From NCBI GenBank assembly GCA_043824255.1, contig JBDRTG010000018.1, forward strand, positions 1-55,203: a DNA stretch of 55,203 nucleotides, in the 5' to 3' direction. A model generated the notes under the pieces. That model saw only the letters and a list, made by a program, of their open reading frames with translations, did no database searches and was not told the origin of the DNA. Position numbers and translations under genes: made by a program. Positions 9,064 to 18,389 of the stretch are shown here, piece by piece. How positions within the stretch are numbered: position 1 is the stretch's first letter; every line of letters starts with the position of its first letter. Origin of the DNA: a bacterium (GTDB taxonomy: Bacteria > JAHJDO01).

Positions 9064-10375
9064 TAAAATCTGGCAACTATTGAAGAAAGAAAAGACGTTA
9101 TTAATAATCATTGTAATAATGGCAGTCTTGATACGTTTGATTGCTCTCTGCTTTGTGCGAGGTGGCACAGATTCTGATGGGTACAATTCGATAGCCTTAA
9201 ACATTGCCACAAAGGGAGAGTTTTCTTATAATTATCCACAGGATGAGCCCCATATCGTTTCGGGCAAGACCGGTCTTAATAACCCGACTTCTTTTAGGGC
9301 TCCGCTATATCCTTTCTTTATAGCTATTTTTTATTTTCTTTTTGGATATAATTACCTGATTCCAGTGATTTTCCAGATATTCCTCAGCGGTTATTTAGTC
9401 TTCTTAACGTTTCAGATCGGGGAAATGGTTTTTAATAAAAAGGTCGGACTTCTATCCTCTTTTCTGCTGGCCTTCTATCCAACGCAAGCAGCTTTCAGCT
9501 TCCATATCAATAGAGAAACGTTACTTACTCTTTTTACCCTTTTGACCGTATATTTCCTATTAAGATTTTTGAAAGATGGGAAGCGACTGCACCTTGTCAG
9601 CTCTATCGTAGCTCTTGGTTTGGGAATCTTGACAAAGCCAGTGTTATTGTTGTTTGTTCCCCTAACAGTTTTCTGGATGGTTTTGTATTCAAAGTCATCA
9701 AAGAGAGCGTTTAAAAATATAATAATAACTATCCTTTTAATTACCATTACTATACTTCCCTGGACGCTTAGAAATTATCGCTTATGGAGTGACCGATTCG
9801 TTCTAATATCCACTATTGGTGGATTTACTTTCTGCTTTTCTGATGTCTTTTTTGACATCCCCGAGTTGGGAAAAAGCCAGGGGAAAAGCAACATAGAAAA
9901 AAATTACGCTGTTTTGGCTCTGAGTTCTGAAAAAAATATATACACTGAAGAATACTTTATCAATGAATATAAGAGAATAATTGCCTCATTAGATGAGGTT
10001 GAAATCGACAAGCTATTTTACAAAAATAAATTGATGCTGATAAAAAAACATCCTCTCAATTTTATTCATCATCTAGGATATGGGTTTTGGCAATTCTTCT
10101 CCATTAGTTTATACAGTTGGAAACATAATATCGTTTATGGTCCAATGTTGGCCTTTTTTATTCTGGGGTTAATCACAGTGTTCACGAAGTGGAGACTTTA
10201 TCAAGAACAGGTCATGATTATTCTATTTATATTTGCTGTTTATATCCTCTCATCCATGGTTTATTTTTCTACTCAAAGAAATCGAATTCCTATAGAGCCA
10301 TTCATGATTATATTTGCTTCACATGGAATCGGTTGGGTCGTTAAAAAGATAGAGAATCGATGTCATAAGAGGTAA
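9056..10375 (+). CDS. ArnT/PMT-like membrane glycosyltransferase (GT-C)
   Basis: DSDGY, FRAPLYP, RETL, TKP, PWTLRNY, RNRIPIEP; polytopic. Confidence 0.85.
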   Translation: MLDKIWQLLKKEKTLLIIIVIMAVLIRLIALCFVRGGTDSDGYNSIALNIATKGEFSYNYPQDEPHIVSGKTGLNNPTSFRAPLYPFFIAIFYFLFGYNYLIPVIFQIFLSGYLVFLTFQIGEMVFNKKVGLLSSFLLAFYPTQAAFSFHINRETLLTLFTLLTVYFLLRFLKDGKRLHLVSSIVALGLGILTKPVLLLFVPLTVFWMVLYSKSSKRAFKNIIITILLITITILPWTLRNYRLWSDRFVLISTIGGFTFCFSDVFFDIPELGKSQGKSNIEKNYAVLALSSEKNIYTEEYFINEYKRIIASLDEVEIDKLFYKNKLMLIKKHPLNFIHHLGYGFWQFFSISLYSWKHNIVYGPMLAFFILGLITVFTKWRLYQEQVMIILFIFAVYILSSMVYFSTQRNRIPIEPFMIIFASHGIGWVVKKIENRCHKR

Positions 10376-10376
10376 A

Positions 10377-11786
10377 ATGATGAAAGTTGTACTGATAAAT
10401 CCATTTCCTGATAATGCATTAGGTGTAAATGAGGCTACTATTGAGCCACCATTAGGATTGGGATATATAGCAACAGCCTTAGAAAATTCCAATTGCGAGG
10501 TACAAATAATTGATGCAAATGTGTTGGGTATTCGTGCTTCTATAGTAGCAGACTTGATAGACAGGATTAAACCTGATATGGTAGGAATTTCAACGAATAT
10601 AGTTACATGCCGAAGCAGCTTCAACCTTATACAATTGCTTCGTAATCGATTTAAAAAAATTCAGATAATCCTTGGAGGACCTTATCCTACTTCACTCCCG
10701 CAATATAATCTTCAGAATTCTGATGTTGACGCGGTGGTAATAGGTGAAGGAGAACAAACCGTAAAAGAAATCGCTGAAAATATTAAGAGAGATAACCCCC
10801 CTTATAAAGATGTGGCAGGAGTAGCTTTTAGAAAAGATGGCCGTATAATCATAAATAAACCACGCAAGCTCATCGAAAATATTAATGAAATAGATTTCCC
10901 CAATTATCACTTATTTCCCGATATCAGAAAATATAAAAGCAGATCCAGACGAACACCTGTAGCATCAATTATTACCAGCAGAGGGTGCCCATACCAGTGT
11001 GTTTATTGTAATAAAGGTGTTTTTGGCAGCAGGATAAGGATGCGTTCAGCAGAAAATGTCATAGCAGAAATTGATTATCTTGTAAAAGAATACAAGGTTT
11101 GCCAAATCGACATATTGGATGATAATTTTACAGAGAATATAGGAAGAACTGAAAGGATACTTGATTTGCTGATTAAAAAGGAATATAACTTAGCGATAAA
11201 TATCCAGAACGGGGTCAGAGCTGACCGATTACCACAATCTCTTATAAAAAAAATGAAAAAAGCAGGCGTGTTTAAACTTGGTTTTGGAGTGGAATCAGGT
11301 GATGAAAGTATTTTAAAGCTGATTAAAAAGAATTTGAACCTTGAACAAGTTATACAGGCAACCTGTTGGGCTAAAAAAGAAGGTATTCTCGTATACGGGA
11401 ATTTTATGATTGGACTGCCTGGAGATACACCAAAATCGATGGACAAGACCATAGATTTTTCAATAAAGATGAACCCGGATATAGCCAATTATATGATTAC
11501 CATACCGTTTCCAGGGACAGAGTTATATAAATGGGTGTCTGAAAAGGGTAGATTTCTTATAGATACTTTTAGTGGCGCAGACGCCGGATTTTACGGGAGA
11601 CAGGTATTTTTTGAAATGGGAAAAACCACCTCTGAATTAGTATTAGCATATTATAAAAAGGCATATCACAAGTTTTATTTCAGACTGGAAAAGATATATG
11701 ATTTACTTAGGAATGTAAAATCATACTCTGAGTTAAAATGGATTTTGAGTGCTGTGTGCAAGAATATAGGCTCTGTTTTTAAGTAA
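10377..11786 (+). CDS. Cobalamin-binding radical SAM protein (class B methyltransferase-like)
   Basis: PPLGLGYIA B12 domain, GGPYPT, GEGE, SRGCPYQCVYC (CxxxCxxC), GVESG, PFPGT. Confidence 0.92.
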   Translation: MMKVVLINPFPDNALGVNEATIEPPLGLGYIATALENSNCEVQIIDANVLGIRASIVADLIDRIKPDMVGISTNIVTCRSSFNLIQLLRNRFKKIQIILGGPYPTSLPQYNLQNSDVDAVVIGEGEQTVKEIAENIKRDNPPYKDVAGVAFRKDGRIIINKPRKLIENINEIDFPNYHLFPDIRKYKSRSRRTPVASIITSRGCPYQCVYCNKGVFGSRIRMRSAENVIAEIDYLVKEYKVCQIDILDDNFTENIGRTERILDLLIKKEYNLAINIQNGVRADRLPQSLIKKMKKAGVFKLGFGVESGDESILKLIKKNLNLEQVIQATCWAKKEGILVYGNFMIGLPGDTPKSMDKTIDFSIKMNPDIANYMITIPFPGTELYKWVSEKGRFLIDTFSGADAGFYGRQVFFEMGKTTSELVLAYYKKAYHKFYFRLEKIYDLLRNVKSYSELKWILSAVCKNIGSVFK

Positions 11787-11837
11787 AGGAAACATCTGTT
11801 AACATGAGGAGCGAAGAATAAACATAGGTTTCATCAT

Positions 11838-13223
11838 ATGAACATACTCTTGGTCAGACCGATCAGTGAGACGCATATCGTTTCACCACCGGTGGGACTA
11901 GGTTACCTTGCCACTGCTTTGAGAAAACACAATCATCAGGTAGAGATTCTGGATTGTGTTAAAGAGAAGATGGATTTTAGAAAATTCGCGAGATTTGTTA
12001 GTCAGACTAAACCAGAAGCAGTCGGCTTTCAGGTCTGGTCATGTGATATTCCCTTTGTACAAAAAAGTTTGCAGATTATTAAGGACATTAACCCTTCACC
12101 TGTAACTATAGTTGGTGGCGCTCATCCATCGGGAGCACCTTACAAGGTTATGGATCATCTGAGAAATGCGGATTTTTCCTTCCGAGGAGAGGGAGAAGTA
12201 GGTTTACCTTGGTTAATTGATTGTCTGTCCGGTATTAAGAAAGCTGATTTTTCAAAAATTCCCGGGCTCATCTGGAGAGAGCATGGCCAGACAAAGGTAA
12301 ATAACCCTGTTTTTGTTGACGACTTGAATGAGTTTGGACTGCCTGCATGGGATTTGATTGATCCCCGCGGGTATCCCCAAGCTCCGCACGAAGGTTTTGC
12401 TAAAGCCTTCCCTATCGCTCCTATAGTTACCTCAAGAGGATGTCCCTATTCCTGTACCTTTTGTGCCACCCATACCCTAACCGGAAAGAAAACGAGATTC
12501 AGGTCCCTTAACAGCGTAGTTGAGGAAATAATGCTTTTGAAAGAAAAATACGGGGTGCGTGAAATACATATTGAAGATGACAACTTTACTATAGATAAAC
12601 ATTTTGTGGAGTCTTTCTGCCAGAGACTTATAGACGTGAATAGTAATATTTACTGGCATTGTTCGAGTGGGGTGCGTGTTGATCTCCTGAATTCACATAT
12701 GCTGAAAATAATGAAGAAAGCAGGATGTTATAATGTGACTATAGCTATCGAATCCGGGGTGGAGCGGATTCTGAAAAGAATGAAAAAAGGTTCAGGCTTG
12801 AGACAAGTAGAAAGAGCGGTTAAAATACTTAATGAATCTGGATTTGAGCCCGTAGGTCTTTTCATGATAGGATTTCCTGGAGAAAATAAAGAGGATATAG
12901 AGGAAACTATAAGATTTTCCATGAAATTAAAGCTGAAGAGGGCCCAGTTTGCTATTTTCCATCCTATGCCCGGAACGGAGATTTATGAGGAGTTGAGTAG
13001 ACAGGGTGAACTAAAAAATCTGGATTGGAGAGATATCAGACCCTCTCGTGTAGCTTATGCTCCTCCCGGGCTGACGGCAAAACAGATAAAGAGCCTTCAG
13101 AGAAAAGCTATACTCAAATTTCACTTGCGCCCCAGAATTCTGATAAAACAATTCAAAGAGATACAATCACTAAGCCACCTTTTCTTTTTAATTAGGAGGG
13201 TCTTTGATTATGTCAGACCTTGA
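11838..13223 (+). CDS. Cobalamin-binding radical SAM protein (class B methyltransferase-like)
   Basis: PPVGLGYLA, GGAHPS, GEGE, SRGCPYSCTFC, IESG, PMPGT. Confidence 0.92.
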   Translation: MNILLVRPISETHIVSPPVGLGYLATALRKHNHQVEILDCVKEKMDFRKFARFVSQTKPEAVGFQVWSCDIPFVQKSLQIIKDINPSPVTIVGGAHPSGAPYKVMDHLRNADFSFRGEGEVGLPWLIDCLSGIKKADFSKIPGLIWREHGQTKVNNPVFVDDLNEFGLPAWDLIDPRGYPQAPHEGFAKAFPIAPIVTSRGCPYSCTFCATHTLTGKKTRFRSLNSVVEEIMLLKEKYGVREIHIEDDNFTIDKHFVESFCQRLIDVNSNIYWHCSSGVRVDLLNSHMLKIMKKAGCYNVTIAIESGVERILKRMKKGSGLRQVERAVKILNESGFEPVGLFMIGFPGENKEDIEETIRFSMKLKLKRAQFAIFHPMPGTEIYEELSRQGELKNLDWRDIRPSRVAYAPPGLTAKQIKSLQRKAILKFHLRPRILIKQFKEIQSLSHLFFLIRRVFDYVRP

Positions 13224-14913
13224 TAATAACCCTATGAAGTCGGGAATAGTTATATCTTTAATTCTTATACTATCGCTGGGATTAAATTTTTATGCCATCT
13301 GGTGGGGGCTTCCCAGTCAGTCCCGTAATCAGCTTTACTACTCTGGCAAATCTCAGATCAAATCCGAGACAGACCTGATAACTGAATCGATGGTGACTAA
13401 GAGTCTAACGGATGGAAAAAGTCTCCCAACTTCAGTTTACAATCCTATTAGAACTTACCATCCATTTGAGGAATCAATTCTTAAAAGCGTAAGTAATATG
13501 AATCCCTGTAAACTCGACTTTAATCCCAAATATTATTTTTATGGTTCCCTTTACATATATCTCGTGGCCTTTTTCCTGGGCATTGGCGCGCTCCTTAATA
13601 TTTTGACTATTACCACAGATATTCAGTTCTATTTTCTTCATCCATTTGAAATGGCCAAAATCTATTTGGTAGGTCGCTCTCTCTCTGCCTTATTAGCAAC
13701 AATGTCTGTTTACCTTACTTATCTGATCGGCAAAAAAATACGGGGAGAGGGTCATGGATTACTCGCCGCAATTATCATGGCTATCACTCCTGTTTTTGTT
13801 ATTAATGCTCACTTTCTTGTGCCTGACGTCACTATGGTTTTTTTCGTTACGTTATCCTTCTTTTTCCTTGTTCGAATACTGGAGTCTGACAGGATGAAAT
13901 ATTATATTCTATTTGGAATTACATCCGGACTGGCAGGTTCATCAAAATATCCGGGCGGATTAATTCTTTTTGTTCTTCCATTATCTTTTTTGATACGGGA
14001 CTATTCAAAGCAATCCTTGAGAAAAACTCGAGAGCGTTCAATTATCAAAAAATTGCTATTAACTTTTCTGTCTGCGCTTCTTACTTTTGTTATCCTGAAC
14101 CCATATATGTTTTTTTATTCAAAGAAAACAGGTCGGGTTATTAATATTTATCTTCAACAGTACGGCCATATTGCTCAAAACTTCTTATCTACTTTGTTTA
14201 GCTTCGTTAATCTAACCCGATGGGGACTAAGTTGTCCTCTTTTGATAATTTCTGCTCTTGGATTGATGTTGTTTATTCGGCAAGGCAAAAAATCAGAAAA
14301 ATTAGCAGTAATCTGGATTGCTCTTTATTACCTTTTCTTTGCTTTGGCAAAATTCCAGATGGTGAGATATATTCTGCCTATTGTTCCTTTTTTAGCTTTG
14401 GCTGGCGCTTTTTCTATTTTATCTATATGTAGGTGGCTAAAAGAAAAGTCCTTGCATTGGATGCTATATTTGTTCACGTGTATGATCATTATCTCTTTAG
14501 GTTGGGTTTTCCTTTACACGGTTGCCTTTGAGAATATCATGAGCGGCGAAATTAGAACAGAAGCTGGGAGGTGGATTTCCAAAAATATCCCTGAAAATTC
14601 AAAAATTGGCATGGTGAGGGATCCCTGGCAATTTGAAATTCCTCCTTTAAATAAAGAAAAATATAGATTAGTGATTATTAATAATGCTGAACAGCTGGCA
14701 GAAAAAGAGTGCAGCTATTTTATTATTAGCGATTTTCAGCAATGGTCAGGAATGATGGAAATCTTGCGTTCGCATAATTCTTATATTAAAATAAAAGAAT
14801 TTGAGAAATGTCCCTGTATCTTAGGAATTTCTTTTCCAAAAGGCAACCCCCCGCATGACTGGAAATATATCTATCCAACTACAACTGTATTTAAAAGAGT
14901 GAAGGGTGAATGA
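13210..14913 (+). CDS. ArnT/PMT-like membrane glycosyltransferase (GT-C)
   Basis: WGLP, HPFE, NPKYYFYGSL, GRSLSA, AHFLVPD, SKYPG, RYILP; ATG at 13210 with AGGAGG RBS. Confidence 0.85.
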   Translation: MSDLDNNPMKSGIVISLILILSLGLNFYAIWWGLPSQSRNQLYYSGKSQIKSETDLITESMVTKSLTDGKSLPTSVYNPIRTYHPFEESILKSVSNMNPCKLDFNPKYYFYGSLYIYLVAFFLGIGALLNILTITTDIQFYFLHPFEMAKIYLVGRSLSALLATMSVYLTYLIGKKIRGEGHGLLAAIIMAITPVFVINAHFLVPDVTMVFFVTLSFFFLVRILESDRMKYYILFGITSGLAGSSKYPGGLILFVLPLSFLIRDYSKQSLRKTRERSIIKKLLLTFLSALLTFVILNPYMFFYSKKTGRVINIYLQQYGHIAQNFLSTLFSFVNLTRWGLSCPLLIISALGLMLFIRQGKKSEKLAVIWIALYYLFFALAKFQMVRYILPIVPFLALAGAFSILSICRWLKEKSLHWMLYLFTCMIIISLGWVFLYTVAFENIMSGEIRTEAGRWISKNIPENSKIGMVRDPWQFEIPPLNKEKYRLVIINNAEQLAEKECSYFIISDFQQWSGMMEILRSHNSYIKIKEFEKCPCILGISFPKGNPPHDWKYIYPTTTVFKRVKGE

Positions 14914-15655
14914 GATGTTTTTTTCTATTGTCATACCAGCCCGGAATGAAGAGAAGTCTATTAAAAAAACCGTATTAAACCTCTTGCAATCATTACACAA
15001 GAATTCAATAGACTCTGAGATAATTATTGTTGACGATGGCAGCACTGATAGAACAGAAGAAATAGTAAAGCATATTATAGCAACAAACAGTTCAGTGCGT
15101 TATATAAAGAATATGCCTCTTCATGGATTTGGTTTAGCAGTTAGAAAGGGATTAGAAGTATATAGAGGGGATGCAGTTGCAATATTTATGGCAGATGGCT
15201 CAGACAGCGCAGAAGATGCTGCAAGATGTTATGAAAAGCTGGAAGAAGGCTATGATTGTGTGTTTGGATCCAGATTTATTAAGGGAAGCAAGGTTAAGAA
15301 CTACCCTATTATAAAACTAGTATTGAACAGAATTGCTAATTATTCCATAAAAATATTATTTGGTCTAAGAACGAATGATGTAACAAATGGTTTTAAATGT
15401 TATCGCAGAAAAGTAATAGAAGGAATAAAACCAATATTATCCGTTCATTTTAATTTAACAGTAGAACTTCCACTTAAAGCTATTGTTAGAAAGTATTCTT
15501 ATGTTGTTATTCCAATAAGCTGGCACGGCAGAGAAGAAGGAATGGCAAAATTCAGAATCAAAGAAATGGGCAGCAGATATGTGTTTATAATTCTGTATGT
15601 ATTACTTGAAAAATGGCTTTCTAAAGGTGATTATATTCAGCGGGAAAATAATTGA
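14906..15655 (+). CDS. Glycosyltransferase family 2, DPM1-like
   Basis: IPARNEE, VDDGSTD, MADGSD, FGSRF, DVTNGFKCYR. Confidence 0.88.
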   Translation: MNEMFFSIVIPARNEEKSIKKTVLNLLQSLHKNSIDSEIIIVDDGSTDRTEEIVKHIIATNSSVRYIKNMPLHGFGLAVRKGLEVYRGDAVAIFMADGSDSAEDAARCYEKLEEGYDCVFGSRFIKGSKVKNYPIIKLVLNRIANYSIKILFGLRTNDVTNGFKCYRRKVIEGIKPILSVHFNLTVELPLKAIVRKYSYVVIPISWHGREEGMAKFRIKEMGSRYVFIILYVLLEKWLSKGDYIQRENN

Positions 15656-15663
15656 AGACAATC

Positions 15664-17157
15664 TTATTTTAGTTTAAGTAAGTACAATTTATATTTATAT
15701 TCATGATACTTGTGAATATTTTTAAAACCTTCTTTTAATCCCTTAGCTGTATCCTCTTCATAAAGATACTTCTTAGTCAATATAATTTCTCCATTTTCCC
15801 TCATCCACTGCTCAAAATTCTCCCTTGGCCTTTCAGAATGCAGAAGTATCCACAACCGCTTATGTTTTTCTCCGTATTTTTTGATTTGCTCCGGCTTGTC
15901 AAATGGATTTATCCTATAAATCGGAAGATTTCCTCTGTAATAAAGAGGAAAACACTCCATTAATCTTCCTAAAAGAACTACATCGTCTTTTTGTTCATTA
16001 ACGGTAATTTCGTCTGTGATTGCCCGCCATGGAGTTACCATATCAACATCAAAATACTGCCTGTTTGTAAAATAATTATAATTTGAATATGCAAAAGTAA
16101 GTATGATTACTGCACCGACAATCCACCTTCCCCATTTATATCTCATTCTTACAATACCCGCTGCAAGTATTACGCAGAATGCCGGTAAAATAAGCAAGAG
16201 TTGTCTTGGAGCGCACGCCGGCATGAATAACCCTATAATGAATGGGATAAATAACCAGAATAAAATTATTTTCTTATATTGACCATGTTCTCTAAGTAAA
16301 TAAATCACCCCATAAATAAATACAATAGAAAAAACTACGAGCAACGGAACTACGATATATAAATTAAAAGGATATACGGTCTGTCCAAGAGTAAAACTAT
16401 AAAAAAAGTATGCTGCCTTAATAAAATAACCGAAAGTTGACGAGGCATAAGTTGCTAAGACGCTGCCCCATTCTCCCTTTAACCTGAACCAGAGATTTAG
16501 TGCTATCCATGGAAGAAAAAAAATAAATATAATCGCATTCGTCATAATCCATAATCTTAATTTATCCCTTTTGTAAACTAATACAAAAATTGCTTGAGCA
16601 ATGATAATAAACCAGCAGTAATAGTGAGTATATACTAATAGAAATGAAACTACGCCGTATATTAGCCACTTATAAAATCTGTTTGATTTAGCTGATATTA
16701 CAAGCCAGAAACTAAACATTGAACAAACTGATAAAAAACATGTTAAGGCATATTCCCGAACTATTCTTGAAAACATTATGTGAAACGGTGATATAGCCAG
16801 AAGAAATACAGATAATAAGGCAACCTTTCTATCAAACATTTTTTTGAAAAAGTGATATGAGATTAGAATTGTCATTACGCCAAAGATGGATGAGAATGTT
16901 CTTGTTAAAGTATCGGATGTCCCCAACATCAACCAAAAATGCAATAAAGTGTAATATAAGGGTATATGTGGAGTGTTACGAATAAGACTTGACAGTGTAG
17001 AAGACACTGATTGCAGGGCTATATTATACGATTCAAACTCATCACACCAGAAACACCTACCTTCAAGATTAATAAAACGTAAGACACATCCTAAAAAAAG
17101 AATTAAAATAATAATATAATTTTTGCGTATTTGTTTTAAGATATTGGTCATTTCCAT
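15664..17157 (-). CDS. PMT/ArnT-like membrane glycosyltransferase (GT-C)
   Basis: FWCDE, HIPLYY, SPFHIMFSR, YTHYY motifs; polytopic with C-terminal soluble domain. Confidence 0.85.
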   Translation of the reverse strand: MEMTNILKQIRKNYIIILILFLGCVLRFINLEGRCFWCDEFESYNIALQSVSSTLSSLIRNTPHIPLYYTLLHFWLMLGTSDTLTRTFSSIFGVMTILISYHFFKKMFDRKVALLSVFLLAISPFHIMFSRIVREYALTCFLSVCSMFSFWLVISAKSNRFYKWLIYGVVSFLLVYTHYYCWFIIIAQAIFVLVYKRDKLRLWIMTNAIIFIFFLPWIALNLWFRLKGEWGSVLATYASSTFGYFIKAAYFFYSFTLGQTVYPFNLYIVVPLLVVFSIVFIYGVIYLLREHGQYKKIILFWLFIPFIIGLFMPACAPRQLLLILPAFCVILAAGIVRMRYKWGRWIVGAVIILTFAYSNYNYFTNRQYFDVDMVTPWRAITDEITVNEQKDDVVLLGRLMECFPLYYRGNLPIYRINPFDKPEQIKKYGEKHKRLWILLHSERPRENFEQWMRENGEIILTKKYLYEEDTAKGLKEGFKNIHKYHEYKYKLYLLKLK

Positions 17158-17523
17158 TTATATTTTCTTAGCACAAATAAATGTTTGCCTGCCAATTATT
17201 TTTTGGATAATAGGAATTTTTAGATATGCTTTTAAGAGAAATACTGATTTAGGCAATTTATTCTTGGTGGTATATGGTAAAAACTTAGGTCTACATTCAA
17301 TAACCTTAAAACTATTAACTTCTAGAACTTCAGATAGACTCCTATCATCTAGAGGGGTGATGTGGTCGAAAAACATCCAGTAATCTTTATAACAATATCG
17401 AATGTTCGGTTGCAGTATTAAAAATTTTCCGTCTTTTCTCAGAACTCTATAAACTTCCTTAATTGTTTCTACAATATCATCTTTGCCAAGTCTTCTATGA
17501 TATATTTGTTTTAAGTCATTCAT
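17158..17523 (-). pseudogene. Class I methyltransferase lacking the SAM-binding N-terminal half (probable in-frame internal deletion)
   Basis: A 12-residue N-terminus joins directly to EVYRVLRKDGKFLIL (a late class I motif) and YWMFFDHITPL; no DxGxG motif I; only 121 aa. Confidence 0.65.
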
Positions 17524-17652
17524 AATTAATCTTAAATCCTTCTGATTTATAAAAATTAAACCATTGTCATCTAGAACCTACAGACATCTATCAACATTTT
17601 TATCAAAACAAGCAAATTGAGATTTGATTTACCATGTCTTCTGTCTTCAAAC

Positions 17653-18387
17653 TTAATTATAAACTCTGAATCTCAAAACAGTTATTCTTTTAAAGGCATG
17701 CCATATTTCTCTCAAGTGTAAATTAGATATTCCTCTTTTTCTGTTCACAAATAAAGTTGGTATCTCTCCAATACGATACCCTTTCAAAAATATCTGGAAA
17801 GCAACCTCACTAAGGACAATATATCCATTTTCTTTGACCAAATTAAAATCAACATTTTTAAGTACATTATATCTATAACAACGGTAACCGTTTGTATAAT
17901 CTGTTATAGGGATTTGCAATAATAATCTTGCATAGAAATTGGCTAATTTGCTAAAAACTCTTCGCTTGAGACTCCAATTTATAATCCTGCTTTTTCGAAG
18001 ATAACGAGAACCTATTATCATATCGTATCTCGGTATTTTTTCTAAAAACAAACCAATCTCTTTTGGGTCATGCGAGAAATCAGCATCCATTTCAAAAATA
18101 CAATCATATCTCTTACCGTTGGATAGAAAATATTTGAACCCGTCTATACAGGCGCTTCCCCTGCCTCGTTTATTTTGTCTCAGAAGAACAAAGATATTTT
18201 TATTTTTTTTAAAACTTTTTTTTACAATCTCAGCTGTTCCATCCGGAGAGTTATCGTCCACAACTAAAATATCTATATTCAAGTTTAGTTTTAGTAATTC
18301 GCCAATCAAAGCAACTATATTTTTTGCTTCATTAAATGCAGGAATTACTATCGCAATTTTAAAATCACCTACTGTTATTCTTCTCAT
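17653..18387 (-). CDS. Polyprenol monophosphomannose synthase-like GT2 (Ppm1/DPM1 family)
   Basis: VDDNSPDGT, EMDADFSHDP, GSRY, DYTNGYRCYR, EIPTLFVNR. Confidence 0.9.
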   Translation of the reverse strand: MRRITVGDFKIAIVIPAFNEAKNIVALIGELLKLNLNIDILVVDDNSPDGTAEIVKKSFKKNKNIFVLLRQNKRGRGSACIDGFKYFLSNGKRYDCIFEMDADFSHDPKEIGLFLEKIPRYDMIIGSRYLRKSRIINWSLKRRVFSKLANFYARLLLQIPITDYTNGYRCYRYNVLKNVDFNLVKENGYIVLSEVAFQIFLKGYRIGEIPTLFVNRKRGISNLHLREIWHAFKRITVLRFRVYN

Positions 18388-18389
18388 AC

